A stretch of DNA of 64,000 nt from contig PAZU01000004.1 in assembly GCA_002715725.1 (NCBI GenBank), positions 18,580 through 82,579 of the forward strand, read 5' to 3'. The translations under genes and the position numbers were made by a program. The notes under the pieces are model-generated. The model ran no database searches. It saw only the letters and a list, made by a program, of their open reading frames with translations, and was not told the origin of the DNA. Positions 9,216-19,700 of this stretch are shown here, in pieces. Numbering within the stretch: the stretch's first letter is position 1; the number at the start of each line of letters is the position of its first letter. Source of the DNA: Methanobacteriota archaeon (GTDB lineage: Archaea > Thermoplasmatota > Poseidoniia > Poseidoniales > Poseidoniaceae).

Positions 9216-10175
9216 CTACTGATCGTCCTGTGAGTCTCCGGAATTTCTCCAGACGACTTCTGGCTCCTTATCTCCATCTTCAGAGGATTCATCTGTAGAT
9301 TCCTCTTCAGCTGGTGCTTCTTCAGCTGGCGCATCTTTTGCTGCGAAGTCTGATGCTGCTGCTCCTAACTCTGAACCTTTGAGGTATTTGTTTCCGTCCA
9401 TATCATAGGATTTTGCGAACTCGATGAATGCATCACGGTCAGTGATTCCATTCTTCTGCATGACTCCAACTAGGACTGATTCTGACCAATTCCATTCGTC
9501 TTCATCAGAGTCTTCGGATGTTGCTTCATCGCTAGCCTCAGGAGTGTTTTCTGATTCAACGGCTTCAATTTCTGATGCTTCTTCAAGAGTCATTTCAGCA
9601 GCACGCGCCTCGACCATTTCTTCCATTCTTTCACTGATGGCTCTGCCCATGTGCTGTGATTGCCTTTCTGCTTCTGCAGCTGCTTCAATCATCTCATATC
9701 TGCGCTTGATCGCCTTGTTCAAATCCTCGAATAATGACATGTGATCCATGTACCAATCATCTCTAGTTTGCAATTCTACAACTGCAAGTCGCAGATCATT
9801 ATCTAATTCTTCTGCAATGGAGAATACCTTGCCCAGACGGTCCTTTTCACGAGAGAACTTCTCTTCCATCTTCTGCAATTCTGGCTCTAGGTGCTCGACT
9901 TGCTTGCTGGACTTGCCCGCTTTCATCTCTAAATCGCGAATCCTTGCATCCTTTTCGGTTAGCAAGGCTTCAAGACTCTCTTTTTCGATTTCGCGCTCTA
10001 CGATTTCTTTCTCGAGAACTTCGACTTCCGCTTTAGTATCTCTCAATTCTGCTTCTTGCTGCTCATAAGCTGCATACAACTTGAGCAGACGGTCTGTTTC
10101 TTCCTCAAGTTTCTCTGTGAGTTCTTTAATTTGAGTTTCTGGAGTAATGGTTCCGGTATCAGACATTTCTCTCAC
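9216..10175 (-). CDS. Acidic coiled-coil protein, function unknown
   Basis: Long heptad-like E/K/L-rich N-terminal half and a D/E-rich C-terminus. Abuts psd (9215/9216), which suggests an operon. Confidence 0.6.
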   Translation of the reverse strand: MREMSDTGTITPETQIKELTEKLEEETDRLLKLYAAYEQQEAELRDTKAEVEVLEKEIVEREIEKESLEALLTEKDARIRDLEMKAGKSSKQVEHLEPELQKMEEKFSREKDRLGKVFSIAEELDNDLRLAVVELQTRDDWYMDHMSLFEDLNKAIKRRYEMIEAAAEAERQSQHMGRAISERMEEMVEARAAEMTLEEASEIEAVESENTPEASDEATSEDSDEDEWNWSESVLVGVMQKNGITDRDAFIEFAKSYDMDGNKYLKGSELGAAASDFAAKDAPAEEAPAEEESTDESSEDGDKEPEVVWRNSGDSQDDQ

Positions 10176-10260
10176 CTAAGGCTACGCCTTCCTCTCTACC
10201 CACATTGGTCCTACATATCAAGCCGACGCTTCATCGTAGCGCAAAATATCGTTCTGATAA

Positions 10261-11310
10261 TTATTCAATCGCGTCGGTTGCAGCAACCAATTCTCTCGCA
10301 ATACTAGTTTCTCCCATCGAATGACCTGCATCAGCAACCATGACTAATTTGCTATTTGGTAATGCTTTATGCAATTGCCATGCGCTACGAGCTGGACAAA
10401 CCATATCATATCGTCCTTGAACTATTGTGGTTGGAATCTCTTGAATCGTTGAAACATGGTTGAGAATGTAGGCTTCTTCGACGAAAATTGCATTGATGAA
10501 ATAATGGCATTCGATGCGGGCAAAAGCGACTGCGAAATCCAAATCTTCTGCTTTGTCCAAATATTCAGGATCGGGGAATAGCCTACTAGTTGCCATTTCC
10601 CATCGAGTCCACTCTCTAGCAGCAGCCCTTCTTACCTCTACGTCATCGCTTGTCAATCGAGAATAATATGCGTTGATGAAATCGTGTTGTTCATCGACTG
10701 GAATATGGTCTCTGTACGAGTCAAATGCATCTGGGAAAACATGGCTAGCGCCATCTTGGTAAAACCAGTGAAGTTCGCTTTTCCTACACATGAAAATTCC
10801 GCGTAATACCAAACTCAATACTCTCTCTGGATGATTTTGAGCATAAATCAGTGATAGAGTCGAACCCCAAGAACCGCCAAATACATGCCATTCATCGATT
10901 CCTAAATGTTGGCGTAGCATCTCCAAATCTGAGACTGATGCTTGCGTATTATTGTCTTGCAATTCGGCGTAAGGGGTTGATTTGCCACAACCTCTCTGGT
11001 CAAATTGAATGATGTCGAATTTATTTGGGTCAAAATATCTACGATATGACGGCTGACTACCTCCGCCTGGGCCACCATGAATCACAATCACTGGAATGCC
11101 GTCTGAATTGCCACTCCTCTCCCATGCTATGGTATGCAACTTGGACACCTGCAAAAATCCTGTTGAGTGGGCTTCTATTTTCGGATACAATACTTCGTCA
11201 ATACTCTGTAAGGAGATTTGCATGATGCGGGCAATGAAACCTAGATGATGTTCCTTTCGATTGAGGCATACGGTTATCGAGGGCTTCGTTTTGGAGCGAA
11301 ATATGGCCAA
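10261..11310 (-). CDS. pip: Proline iminopeptidase (prolyl aminopeptidase, S33)
   Basis: YPKIEAHSTGFLQVS...HGGPGGGS...FDQRGCGKSTP...VFGGSWGSTLSLIYAQ is the classic PIP signature. Confidence 0.85.
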   Translation of the reverse strand: MAIFRSKTKPSITVCLNRKEHHLGFIARIMQISLQSIDEVLYPKIEAHSTGFLQVSKLHTIAWERSGNSDGIPVIVIHGGPGGGSQPSYRRYFDPNKFDIIQFDQRGCGKSTPYAELQDNNTQASVSDLEMLRQHLGIDEWHVFGGSWGSTLSLIYAQNHPERVLSLVLRGIFMCRKSELHWFYQDGASHVFPDAFDSYRDHIPVDEQHDFINAYYSRLTSDDVEVRRAAAREWTRWEMATSRLFPDPEYLDKAEDLDFAVAFARIECHYFINAIFVEEAYILNHVSTIQEIPTTIVQGRYDMVCPARSAWQLHKALPNSKLVMVADAGHSMGETSIARELVAATDAIE

Positions 11311-11920
11311 AAAGGCAGCAACTGAAGTGTTCTCGCAATGGGCTCTTATCGGAAAAGATGAGGGGATGGAAAGAGGACATGCTGCTTCGGTTAAAGCAAT
11401 GCTAGAACTAGCATTGCCTAAGGTAAAATCAGAATTTTCAGCAATTGATTTGGGTTGCGGTAATGGCTGGGTTGTACGTCTGTTATCAAAAATGGGTGCA
11501 TCTCATGTTGAAGGCGTAGATGGTGCAATCGAGATGATTAAGAAGGCTCAAGAAAAGGATTCTGAACACAAATATTCTCACGGAATGTTACCGGAATGGA
11601 GCCCCGGAAGAAGGTTCGACTTAGTTCACTCAATGGAATTTCTATACTACCTTCAAGATCCTGCAGAAATGATTTCGATTATTCATGACCAATGGTTAAC
11701 CAATGGAGGGATATTGATAGCAGGTGTTGACCACTATTTGGAACATGAAGAATCCCTAACATGGCCTGAGCATGTAGGTGTGCACATGAAAACCATGCAA
11801 ATATCAGAATGGGAAGAAGCCATGAAAGTAGCAGGATTTAGAGAAATAGAAATCCATCAAGTTGCTTCTAAAGAAGGTTTTCCTGGAACCTTAGTCATGC
11901 TTGGGCGGGCTAATCATTAG
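11261..11920 (+). CDS. Class I SAM-dependent methyltransferase
   Basis: Motif I AIDLGCGNGWVV and downstream motif-II/III-like segments. The 3' end overlaps the AddA-like gene by 11 nt, convergent. Confidence 0.7.
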   Translation: MRHTVIEGFVLERNMAKKAATEVFSQWALIGKDEGMERGHAASVKAMLELALPKVKSEFSAIDLGCGNGWVVRLLSKMGASHVEGVDGAIEMIKKAQEKDSEHKYSHGMLPEWSPGRRFDLVHSMEFLYYLQDPAEMISIIHDQWLTNGGILIAGVDHYLEHEESLTWPEHVGVHMKTMQISEWEEAMKVAGFREIEIHQVASKEGFPGTLVMLGRANH

Positions 11921-14900
11921 GGTCTTCTAAACTAATATTGCCTGAAAAGAATATACACGCTTTACACACTTCTGGATTTGAGCATTGAGGTGGCTGATAA
12001 TCATCACCAACCGCCGAAATATAGCCCATCCAATCAATCAATCCTTTTAGCTCAGATTGGGTTTTTTTGTATTCTTCATCTCGCATTCGAATCATTCGTC
12101 CAGATGCTGCAACTAAGATTGCAGGCGGCAGTATCTTGCGTTGTTGCGAAACCGGTTTCTTACTTTCGTTCTCTTCTAATGCCAGGCAGTAAAGAGTCAA
12201 CTGGAAGCGATGCGCATCTAATATTTCTTTTTCAGATTCACTTTCAGCATACGGCGAATCGGTACCTGAGACAACCTGTAATGGATGTCCATCTTCGGGT
12301 GATTCTCGATTATATCCAGTTAAGCAGCCCTTGGTCTTGGCATCCACCACTTGTAGCCAACCTTGCCCAGCATTATCTCTCAAAGCCAATACAAGGTCGG
12401 CCCTTCCATCAAAGATTGTATGAACCTCCTCGATTTTCACGAGGGGTATTTCTCCTCTGGGGGACCAGCATTTTCTTTCGATTTCGTGGTTTGACTTTCT
12501 GACGAAATTAAATGGCAATTCAGTTCGCAAACCCTCTACTTTCATTTCATGAATGCTCTCGCCTTGAGTTAACTTCCCTAGTACTCCATCGTCGACTAAT
12601 TTAGCAAGATGATACATTCTAGAACGGACTCTTTTGGTCATCAGGGAATCACTGAAAGATGATTGGGCTAATACTTCATCAAAAGTATCTTCATCCAAGA
12701 GTCGATTCGGTTGAGAATTTGTCCATGTTGCATCAAGATCCTCACGTTTAGTTGCAGGGTTTGCTAAACCGATTTCCAATAGTCTATGGAAAAGTGACCC
12801 GAACTCTTGTGCTGAGGGCCAGAAATCCTCTTTTATTTTGAGTGGGATAAAATTCAGCGGTTCGGCACGCCAATTCATCCGTACCGCGAGCCAGTGTCTT
12901 CTACGACAATTCCATGCTGCATCTAATGAATGTGAAGGCAGTCCAATTTCATGGATTGCTTTTCTTGGACGAGGTGAAGGCTTGACCTCAGTTGCATTAG
13001 CTATTGCGCTAATCCTCTCCTGCCATTTTTGTAATGGTGATTTTAACGGTATTGAATCGAAACAAGAAGGGTGGTGGAAAATTGCAATTCCGTCTACGCT
13101 ATCTTCTGGTAAAAATCCATTTTCAATCAGAACGCCTGGGTCTAGTCGTAAGACATTCCCCGTTTGTTCTAAGCCCCCTTCCGACCAAGTGCTGCCTTCA
13201 TTTCCAGCCTTAATCGACGAAAAGGCTAGGCCGTCTAGGAGCATATATCCCATGTTCTCACGAGCCTGCCCTCTGCTCATTTCCAAATATCCATCTGAGG
13301 AAATGTTGGCCCCTCCGCTTGGAGTCCCAACCACGATGACACGGTCTCTTGCCCTAGTTAGAGCAACGTAGAATTGACGGCGCCTCTCAGCCATTCTTTG
13401 GCCCTCCTCCATCATTGATGCTAGAGCCCATAAGCCACTTTCGGGTTTGTCAACTCCTCTCCATGGGTGAATTCGGCCTGCAATCATTTCAGGCGTAACA
13501 AGAACATTGTCGCTAGAGGAAAGACTGGAGTCTCTAGCACCAATATTGAATAAATCGTAGAGAACTACAACTGGAGATTCTAATCCTTTTGAACTATGTA
13601 TTGTAAGTACCTTAACCGCTCCAGTGGTTGCATCTGATGTACTCTTTGGCCCGTCAGAATCTAAATCTTCTAGTTCTCTTAATCTCAATTGGGCCAAAGC
13701 TGCATCTCCGCCTTCTTTCTCCAAAATCCTCTCGAATAATGAAAGCCAATTATTGACATCCTGCCGGTCCCCCTCCCTCGGGAATGTTCTGAGTAAATCT
13801 GAGTGGTCTATCATGGTATTTATGGCACGCAGAATGTCGTTATGAGCCACTAAAGAGGCGAATTTCTCTAGGAGGTTTTTCAGCTCCACGGTTGGAACAA
13901 TGTCTGCCAAGCCTAGTATCTGGTTACCAGTTGATTCTAACAAGTGGTCATTGAGTGTTGCATCGTCTAAACCGACTAAACAAGATTGTCCAACCGCTAA
14001 AGCTGCAGCTCTATCATTGGGTGAACATGCAAGCCATAGTAAAGACATCAGAGGCTGTATTGCGGGACGTTGGAGTAGTATGCCTTGCTTATCGGCAATA
14101 GCAGGTATCCCATGTTCTTCCAAGACATTTAGGATATCGGGAATTCTACTCCTTGAAGCGACTAAAATCATGATGTCTTCCGGCAAGATTTGATGTGCCG
14201 CTCCGTCTACTTCCTTCCACGAATCATTTTTACAATCTTTAACCCGAGTTTTCTGTCCACTCAGCAGAGAAACTAGCCGCTTTGCAAGCAACTGGTTTGA
14301 GAGATCCCTATTGGTAGAATCTATGTTTTCAAAGGGATTTATTGGGACAGAAAGGTCTTCAGGAATTTCCGATACTTCAGTTCTTGCAGGTAAAATCCAT
14401 TCGAACGCCGACTCGAAATCGGACTTACGTCCCGGCAGAAGATCTTGCGCCTCAGCATGCCAAGGCCCAGGTAATGCCTGATGCCTTCTTGAAAAGGTAT
14501 CTTGGAAAATGTGATTCATTGTGTTCAGCAAACCAGGTAATGTTCGATGATTGATACGCATTTCAATATGGCCTTGAGAACGTTTGCTGATAACATCAGA
14601 ATCTACTTTAGAAGGATTATCATCATTGGCAAACAATATCCATTCTTCTCTTTTCGAGTCATCAGAAATCATCTCACTAGAACGGATAAAACCAGTTTCT
14701 TCTCCTCCTTTTCCAGGAATTGGACGAGGGTCTCTAGAACTTCCTGACTTCTTTAAATCACTAAGACGATGTTCCATAGCGGACTCATCCATGTTTATGT
14801 TACGAATTATCTCTACAGCCCTACGCATTACAGTAAGTTCTGCCTGACGGAACCGATAGATGGATTGTTTCATATCGCCCACAATACAGACCGTTGGGTC

Positions 14901-16709
14901 CCATTCTCCAGCAGGTGGCCGGAGCTCGTCGCTCTCTAAATGTCGCCTGCCCCACAAACGAGCTAAAAGACGGAAATGTTGTGGATTTGTATCCTGGTAT
15001 TCATCAATAATGAAGGCTCGATAACCACGCCTCAATTCTCGTAAAATTGTGATTCTTCTCATCAAATCTTCATGGACTTCAGATTTACCATTACAGGCGA
15101 CTATTGCCCTTGAAAGATGATCGTCTAACCATGGCTTATCTCCTATCGAATCTAATGCATCAATAACATTGGTAGGATACCAAGTGCGACATACTGCGGG
15201 ACATCTTGTTAACAGCAAGTCCTCTGCAAAGCGATGCATATCGTCATGATCAGTCACTCCTTCCTGGGATTTCAAACGAGCCAAAATCTCTTGGATTCCA
15301 TTATTTACGGTGAATAGGTCTTGAATTACTTCAATCTCTAAATCAGTAGTCAACCGCATTGCCCTATCCACTGGTAATTGAGGTAGATCCACACCGATTC
15401 TCGGGGGGTGGGCATATTGCCCTTCAACCGGTACGGGTTCGGCTATGCAAGGATTGAGTAAGAATGATGCACGGCCTATACTCCTCAAAAGTAAGCCATT
15501 TGCTGTACTCATCATTGAACGAATTGGAATAGAAAGTGCCTCTGCATTACTTGTTATCAAATTCTTTACATCTGCAGTCATTGCTTTATTTGCAGTCTTT
15601 GAAAGTATACCAGAGGGCCAGCCTTGAGAGGTAGGAGGTGATGCTCTGGACAAGGCTTTGCAATCTATTTTGTTAATTTTTGCAGCTGGCGCGATAGCAT
15701 GGGATACAAGCCATATCCACTGCAATCTCCAGATTTGTTCATCGGAATTAAGCGTGCACAGATTTTGAACATACCTGAAGCGAGTCATTCCATCTGAACA
15801 GTCTGCACCTGTAATGAAGTGGGCACCACCATCTAACCAATTGTCGACCCATTCTTCTATCAAAGTCCGAAAATCAAGATACCATGCATCCAGAATGTCA
15901 GCAGTTGGCTCTAAGAACAAATGGTCGAGATCTTCTACCAAAATATTTCTACCTTTATCTCCCATCGACCTTGCTGCTTCCTCTACGAATAACGAGCGTT
16001 TCATCAAGCCTCTGATTACCGTAGATGATGCACTCTGGCCTCCTAATCTAACAGAAAGACGGTCTCTTGCTTCTAGGAATTCCTCGATGTCTCCGGTCAT
16101 TCCGACCTCAATTGCATCTATTCCTTTCTGAAGCCGCCATGCCGTACGAATCGCTTCTTCACGAAGTAAAATACTACCTTCTTCGTCAACTTGCTCACCA
16201 CCAGGATTGTCGCAAACTAATCCTATCCATGGTGAAACTATTGATGACAAGAACGCATCGATAGTTGAAATAGGGGCGTCTTCCATTAATGAAAGAAGCA
16301 TTTCTACATCTCCTTGATCTGAAATCCTAGTGTCATGGACTCCATTGAAATCGCCTTCTGCGGGAGGTGCTGCTCTGAGAGAAGATATCAATCTTCGAAT
16401 CTTTCCTTTCAATTCAGCAGCTGCTTTTCGAGTAAATGTAATGGCTACTGTTTCAGTTGGTAGAAGACCTCTCCAATCCTTAAGAGAAGTTCTTTCAATT
16501 GCCGGGCAACGGATCGCACCCATGCCTTTGAGAGGAACACGAGCAGCAGGTGGAAGGACGCGGGTTGCTCTTTGCTTGTGTGATAATATGTGCTGGACAT
16601 AGCGATGTGCCATTACTGTAGTTTTACCGGTTCCGGCGCCAGCATCTAAAGCGATGTGTCTGTCGATATCTAGACCTAGCTTTTGAGAGTGATTTAATTT
16701 CATTACCAA
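11910..16709 (-). CDS. AddA/RecB-like UvrD-family helicase with C-terminal RecB-type (PD-(D/E)xK) nuclease domain carrying a Cys cluster
   Basis: SF1 motifs in order: I DAGAGTGKTT, Ia AITFTRKAAAEL, II FIIDEYQDTN, III VGDMKQSIYRFRQA, IV NHRTLPG, V LTIHSSKGLESPVV, VI YVALTRARDRVIVV. Nuclease: ADLVLALRD..WLQVVDAKTKG, QLTLY (QxxxY). Cys in AAWNCRRR plus terminal CSNPEVCKAC (C-x5-C-x2-C). Confidence 0.8.
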   Translation of the reverse strand: MVMKLNHSQKLGLDIDRHIALDAGAGTGKTTVMAHRYVQHILSHKQRATRVLPPAARVPLKGMGAIRCPAIERTSLKDWRGLLPTETVAITFTRKAAAELKGKIRRLISSLRAAPPAEGDFNGVHDTRISDQGDVEMLLSLMEDAPISTIDAFLSSIVSPWIGLVCDNPGGEQVDEEGSILLREEAIRTAWRLQKGIDAIEVGMTGDIEEFLEARDRLSVRLGGQSASSTVIRGLMKRSLFVEEAARSMGDKGRNILVEDLDHLFLEPTADILDAWYLDFRTLIEEWVDNWLDGGAHFITGADCSDGMTRFRYVQNLCTLNSDEQIWRLQWIWLVSHAIAPAAKINKIDCKALSRASPPTSQGWPSGILSKTANKAMTADVKNLITSNAEALSIPIRSMMSTANGLLLRSIGRASFLLNPCIAEPVPVEGQYAHPPRIGVDLPQLPVDRAMRLTTDLEIEVIQDLFTVNNGIQEILARLKSQEGVTDHDDMHRFAEDLLLTRCPAVCRTWYPTNVIDALDSIGDKPWLDDHLSRAIVACNGKSEVHEDLMRRITILRELRRGYRAFIIDEYQDTNPQHFRLLARLWGRRHLESDELRPPAGEWDPTVCIVGDMKQSIYRFRQAELTVMRRAVEIIRNINMDESAMEHRLSDLKKSGSSRDPRPIPGKGGEETGFIRSSEMISDDSKREEWILFANDDNPSKVDSDVISKRSQGHIEMRINHRTLPGLLNTMNHIFQDTFSRRHQALPGPWHAEAQDLLPGRKSDFESAFEWILPARTEVSEIPEDLSVPINPFENIDSTNRDLSNQLLAKRLVSLLSGQKTRVKDCKNDSWKEVDGAAHQILPEDIMILVASRSRIPDILNVLEEHGIPAIADKQGILLQRPAIQPLMSLLWLACSPNDRAAALAVGQSCLVGLDDATLNDHLLESTGNQILGLADIVPTVELKNLLEKFASLVAHNDILRAINTMIDHSDLLRTFPREGDRQDVNNWLSLFERILEKEGGDAALAQLRLRELEDLDSDGPKSTSDATTGAVKVLTIHSSKGLESPVVVLYDLFNIGARDSSLSSSDNVLVTPEMIAGRIHPWRGVDKPESGLWALASMMEEGQRMAERRRQFYVALTRARDRVIVVGTPSGGANISSDGYLEMSRGQARENMGYMLLDGLAFSSIKAGNEGSTWSEGGLEQTGNVLRLDPGVLIENGFLPEDSVDGIAIFHHPSCFDSIPLKSPLQKWQERISAIANATEVKPSPRPRKAIHEIGLPSHSLDAAWNCRRRHWLAVRMNWRAEPLNFIPLKIKEDFWPSAQEFGSLFHRLLEIGLANPATKREDLDATWTNSQPNRLLDEDTFDEVLAQSSFSDSLMTKRVRSRMYHLAKLVDDGVLGKLTQGESIHEMKVEGLRTELPFNFVRKSNHEIERKCWSPRGEIPLVKIEEVHTIFDGRADLVLALRDNAGQGWLQVVDAKTKGCLTGYNRESPEDGHPLQVVSGTDSPYAESESEKEILDAHRFQLTLYCLALEENESKKPVSQQRKILPPAILVAASGRMIRMRDEEYKKTQSELKGLIDWMGYISAVGDDYQPPQCSNPEVCKACIFFSGNISLEDPND

Positions 16710-19700
16710 CCACCTCTCTTAGATCCTAGGCAAGAGCCAATTGTCGGGCAATTACAGGGTATTTTCCCTGCTTCAGCATTCTCAATAACACGATTAGCTG
16801 TTGTTATCCTCTCTCTCATCCAAGCCCTAAATGGGTTTGATTCAGCGGGTGTTGACTCGCCAGGACGCCGATATTGGTTGACCAAACTTTGAGTTACAAT
16901 ACCAACCTTTGATTCACTCAACAAATCAATAAAATCAGGGTCCAATTCCACCCAAGGGTGAGTGTCGATTCCAACCTGAGTTACTCCAATTCCAATTACT
17001 CTATGACCTGGATTGCCAATTTCCCAAGCCCTTGCATAGAGGGCGAGTTGGACTTCATCGAACAGTCCTTTCAAATGACGAGCTTCTTTTCCATCATCTT
17101 TAGGGCCATCCATGGATTTGATATCTCTGATTATTACCAATTTGCTAACTGGAACATGTTGTTTCAAATTCAAATCCAAAGGAATCGTTTCGGCTTCTTT
17201 TTCTAATTCGTAATCAACCAAAACTTCGTCTACCTTATCGATGAAACCAGTTATCTTGAAACTTTTTTCTTCCGTTTCCTGTTCAGGAGAGGATGGAAGA
17301 ACAATTGTAACATTTCTATTGCTATTTACCCGGACTTCCCATTCACTAGCGATAGGAGCACAATCTCTCAATCCGAAGTCTGCTTGAATCATTCTACCAA
17401 GACGTCCACCTACAGGAATGGTTTCTTCTCCCTCTAACCAAGAGACCCATTGAGACGGAGATACGCCGATTAAATCTCTACAGCGATGAGCGGCGACTCC
17501 ATCGGCTCGCTTCATCCAGGGCGCTTTTTCCATCAACGTTTTTAGCACAACTTGCCATGCATCATTGATATCTTTTAGAGGCCCTTCAGCAAGTGTGATT
17601 GCTTGTTCAGCAATCTGTTCATCTTCCACGCCATGTGCTCGTAAAACAGCCTCTTCGACAAAGTGGACAATATTTCCTCGAGCATTTGCAGCGAGATCTT
17701 CTGGTACTTTTTCCTCCTGGCCTAATCTCAAATGACGATCAATCCAAGCCTTTCTTGGACAGAATAGCCATGCCTGTAATCTGCTTTGTGACCATATCTT
17801 TGGTAGCCTCAATGAAACTCCAGTAATTCCAGTACGCTCATCTAGAGTTTTGATACCTGTTGAAGAAGGCAATATAGGTCGAGGATCAATTCCAAGGATT
17901 GCTTTCTTTTCTGTTACTTCGCCAAGGTGGGGCCACTGTGAAGAGTCTCTAGCACTTGGGATATTATTTCGATTGGGAATCAACCTGTAATCCTTGGTTC
18001 TAATCATTTTTCCAGAGTCCTCGAAAGGGAAAATCTCCCCTACATCGAATGAAGAAATTCCTTTTCGGCGATTGTACTGGTCAGGCAATAGATCCTTCTT
18101 GACGGCCTCAAGAATAGAATTCTGATTCAAAGGTTGGCTAGTTATTTCTCGCCCTTCAATAGATGCAAGACCCGCTCTTTGGAGCTCATCTCTTGGTAGT
18201 TTACCGCTACGATGGGTCCTGACCCCGTCCGCTAACATTTCCATAGAACTTACTTTGTGAACTAAACGTAAACCGATGTCCGGAATCGTTTGCCATGACC
18301 AAGAGCGGTCTGGAGTATCTGGTTTCCAATCATTGGAATCGATGAATGAGGGTGGATTTTCTAAATTCAACTCGTCTTCATCTGTAGAAATTGTGCTAAA
18401 CCATTCTTCCAAAGGGCCCGCTGGTTCAATCCCATCTTGAAGGCTTGAATCTAGGATAACAACAGTCTTGGAACTATTGAGTAAGTGGCGAAGATGATGA
18501 CGGCCTTTTCGTAAGCCGTCATCTGGTCGATTTATTCCAAGGCGCATTCTTGACATTTCGTCTAACCATGGAACTGATGGTGACTTCATTGACCATTTGT
18601 TTGAGTTTAGTCCGCTAAGAATGAGAGTATCACTAGTCGTACCTAATGCTTGGTTCGGATTAAGTATCCTAATGCCCGTATCTGTGCCTCTTCGCGAGGG
18701 TAACTGAGTGTTGCTCGCCAAGTGTTGAAGCATTTCATAGAAGTCGTCCCCTTCAAAATCGAGTCCCATTTCTTGAGTTAATCTAGTTAAAGATTCAATG
18801 AAATATTGAAGTCCAGGAATTGAATTAGACTCTACAGAATCTCTGCCTGCTAATAATCGCCAGTCAATTTGTTCTAACAAAGAGTTGAACCAAATAATCG
18901 GGTTTTCTATTAGCTCAGGTAGAGGTAGTTCCTCTCCTGAAATACATCCAATACATTTCTGCATCGCAACCTCTCTGTCCTGTTTTGAAAGAATTGGAGC
19001 CATCCATCTCGACATTGCAGCCAGCCACCATTGGCTTTCTTCTAATGCCCGAGATTGGTCTTCATCTCCAGTAAAACGAGGAGTGGCTTGAGAAAGGGTT
19101 GAGAGCCATCTGCGAAGAGAACCTCTGCCTCCCAATATGTGAAATCCTCTAGCAATCTCTACCAAAGTTTCCGGATGTAATTTCGGTTTCCAAGCAGGAT
19201 CTGTCGGGTGTTCGAGGTTCATTACCCCCCAAGTCATTGGAAGACCTATTTGTTCAACTAAATCGGTTAAACGAGTCAATGACCATGCTTCTTCACCACG
19301 TGAGATTCCAATAATAGAAAGTATCCTTGAGACCGCTGGACTTGATGATATTGTAGAATTTTCTCCCCGCAGACGAAAACCCTGATTCTCAAGGTGAGAT
19401 GAAAGTTTTTTTCGCAGGTTACTAGAGTCTCCGTCGACTATCATTACGTCTCCTTCAACTCGAGAAAGTAAATCTCCAATGGCTGAAATACTCTGGTTTT
19501 CTGACTCTACCATAAGGTGGTATATGTTGCTATTAGAATTAGGTGACTTCCAACCTTGTTGCTGTTTAGGTATCCATACCTTATGCTCAGGGACCCAATT
19601 TGGAAGGTCTGATTGTTTTCTTACTGGATGTATATCTTCGATGTACTCCCCATGATATCCAAGGCGATGGGAACCGGGATTTACAAGTTGGTGGAGATTT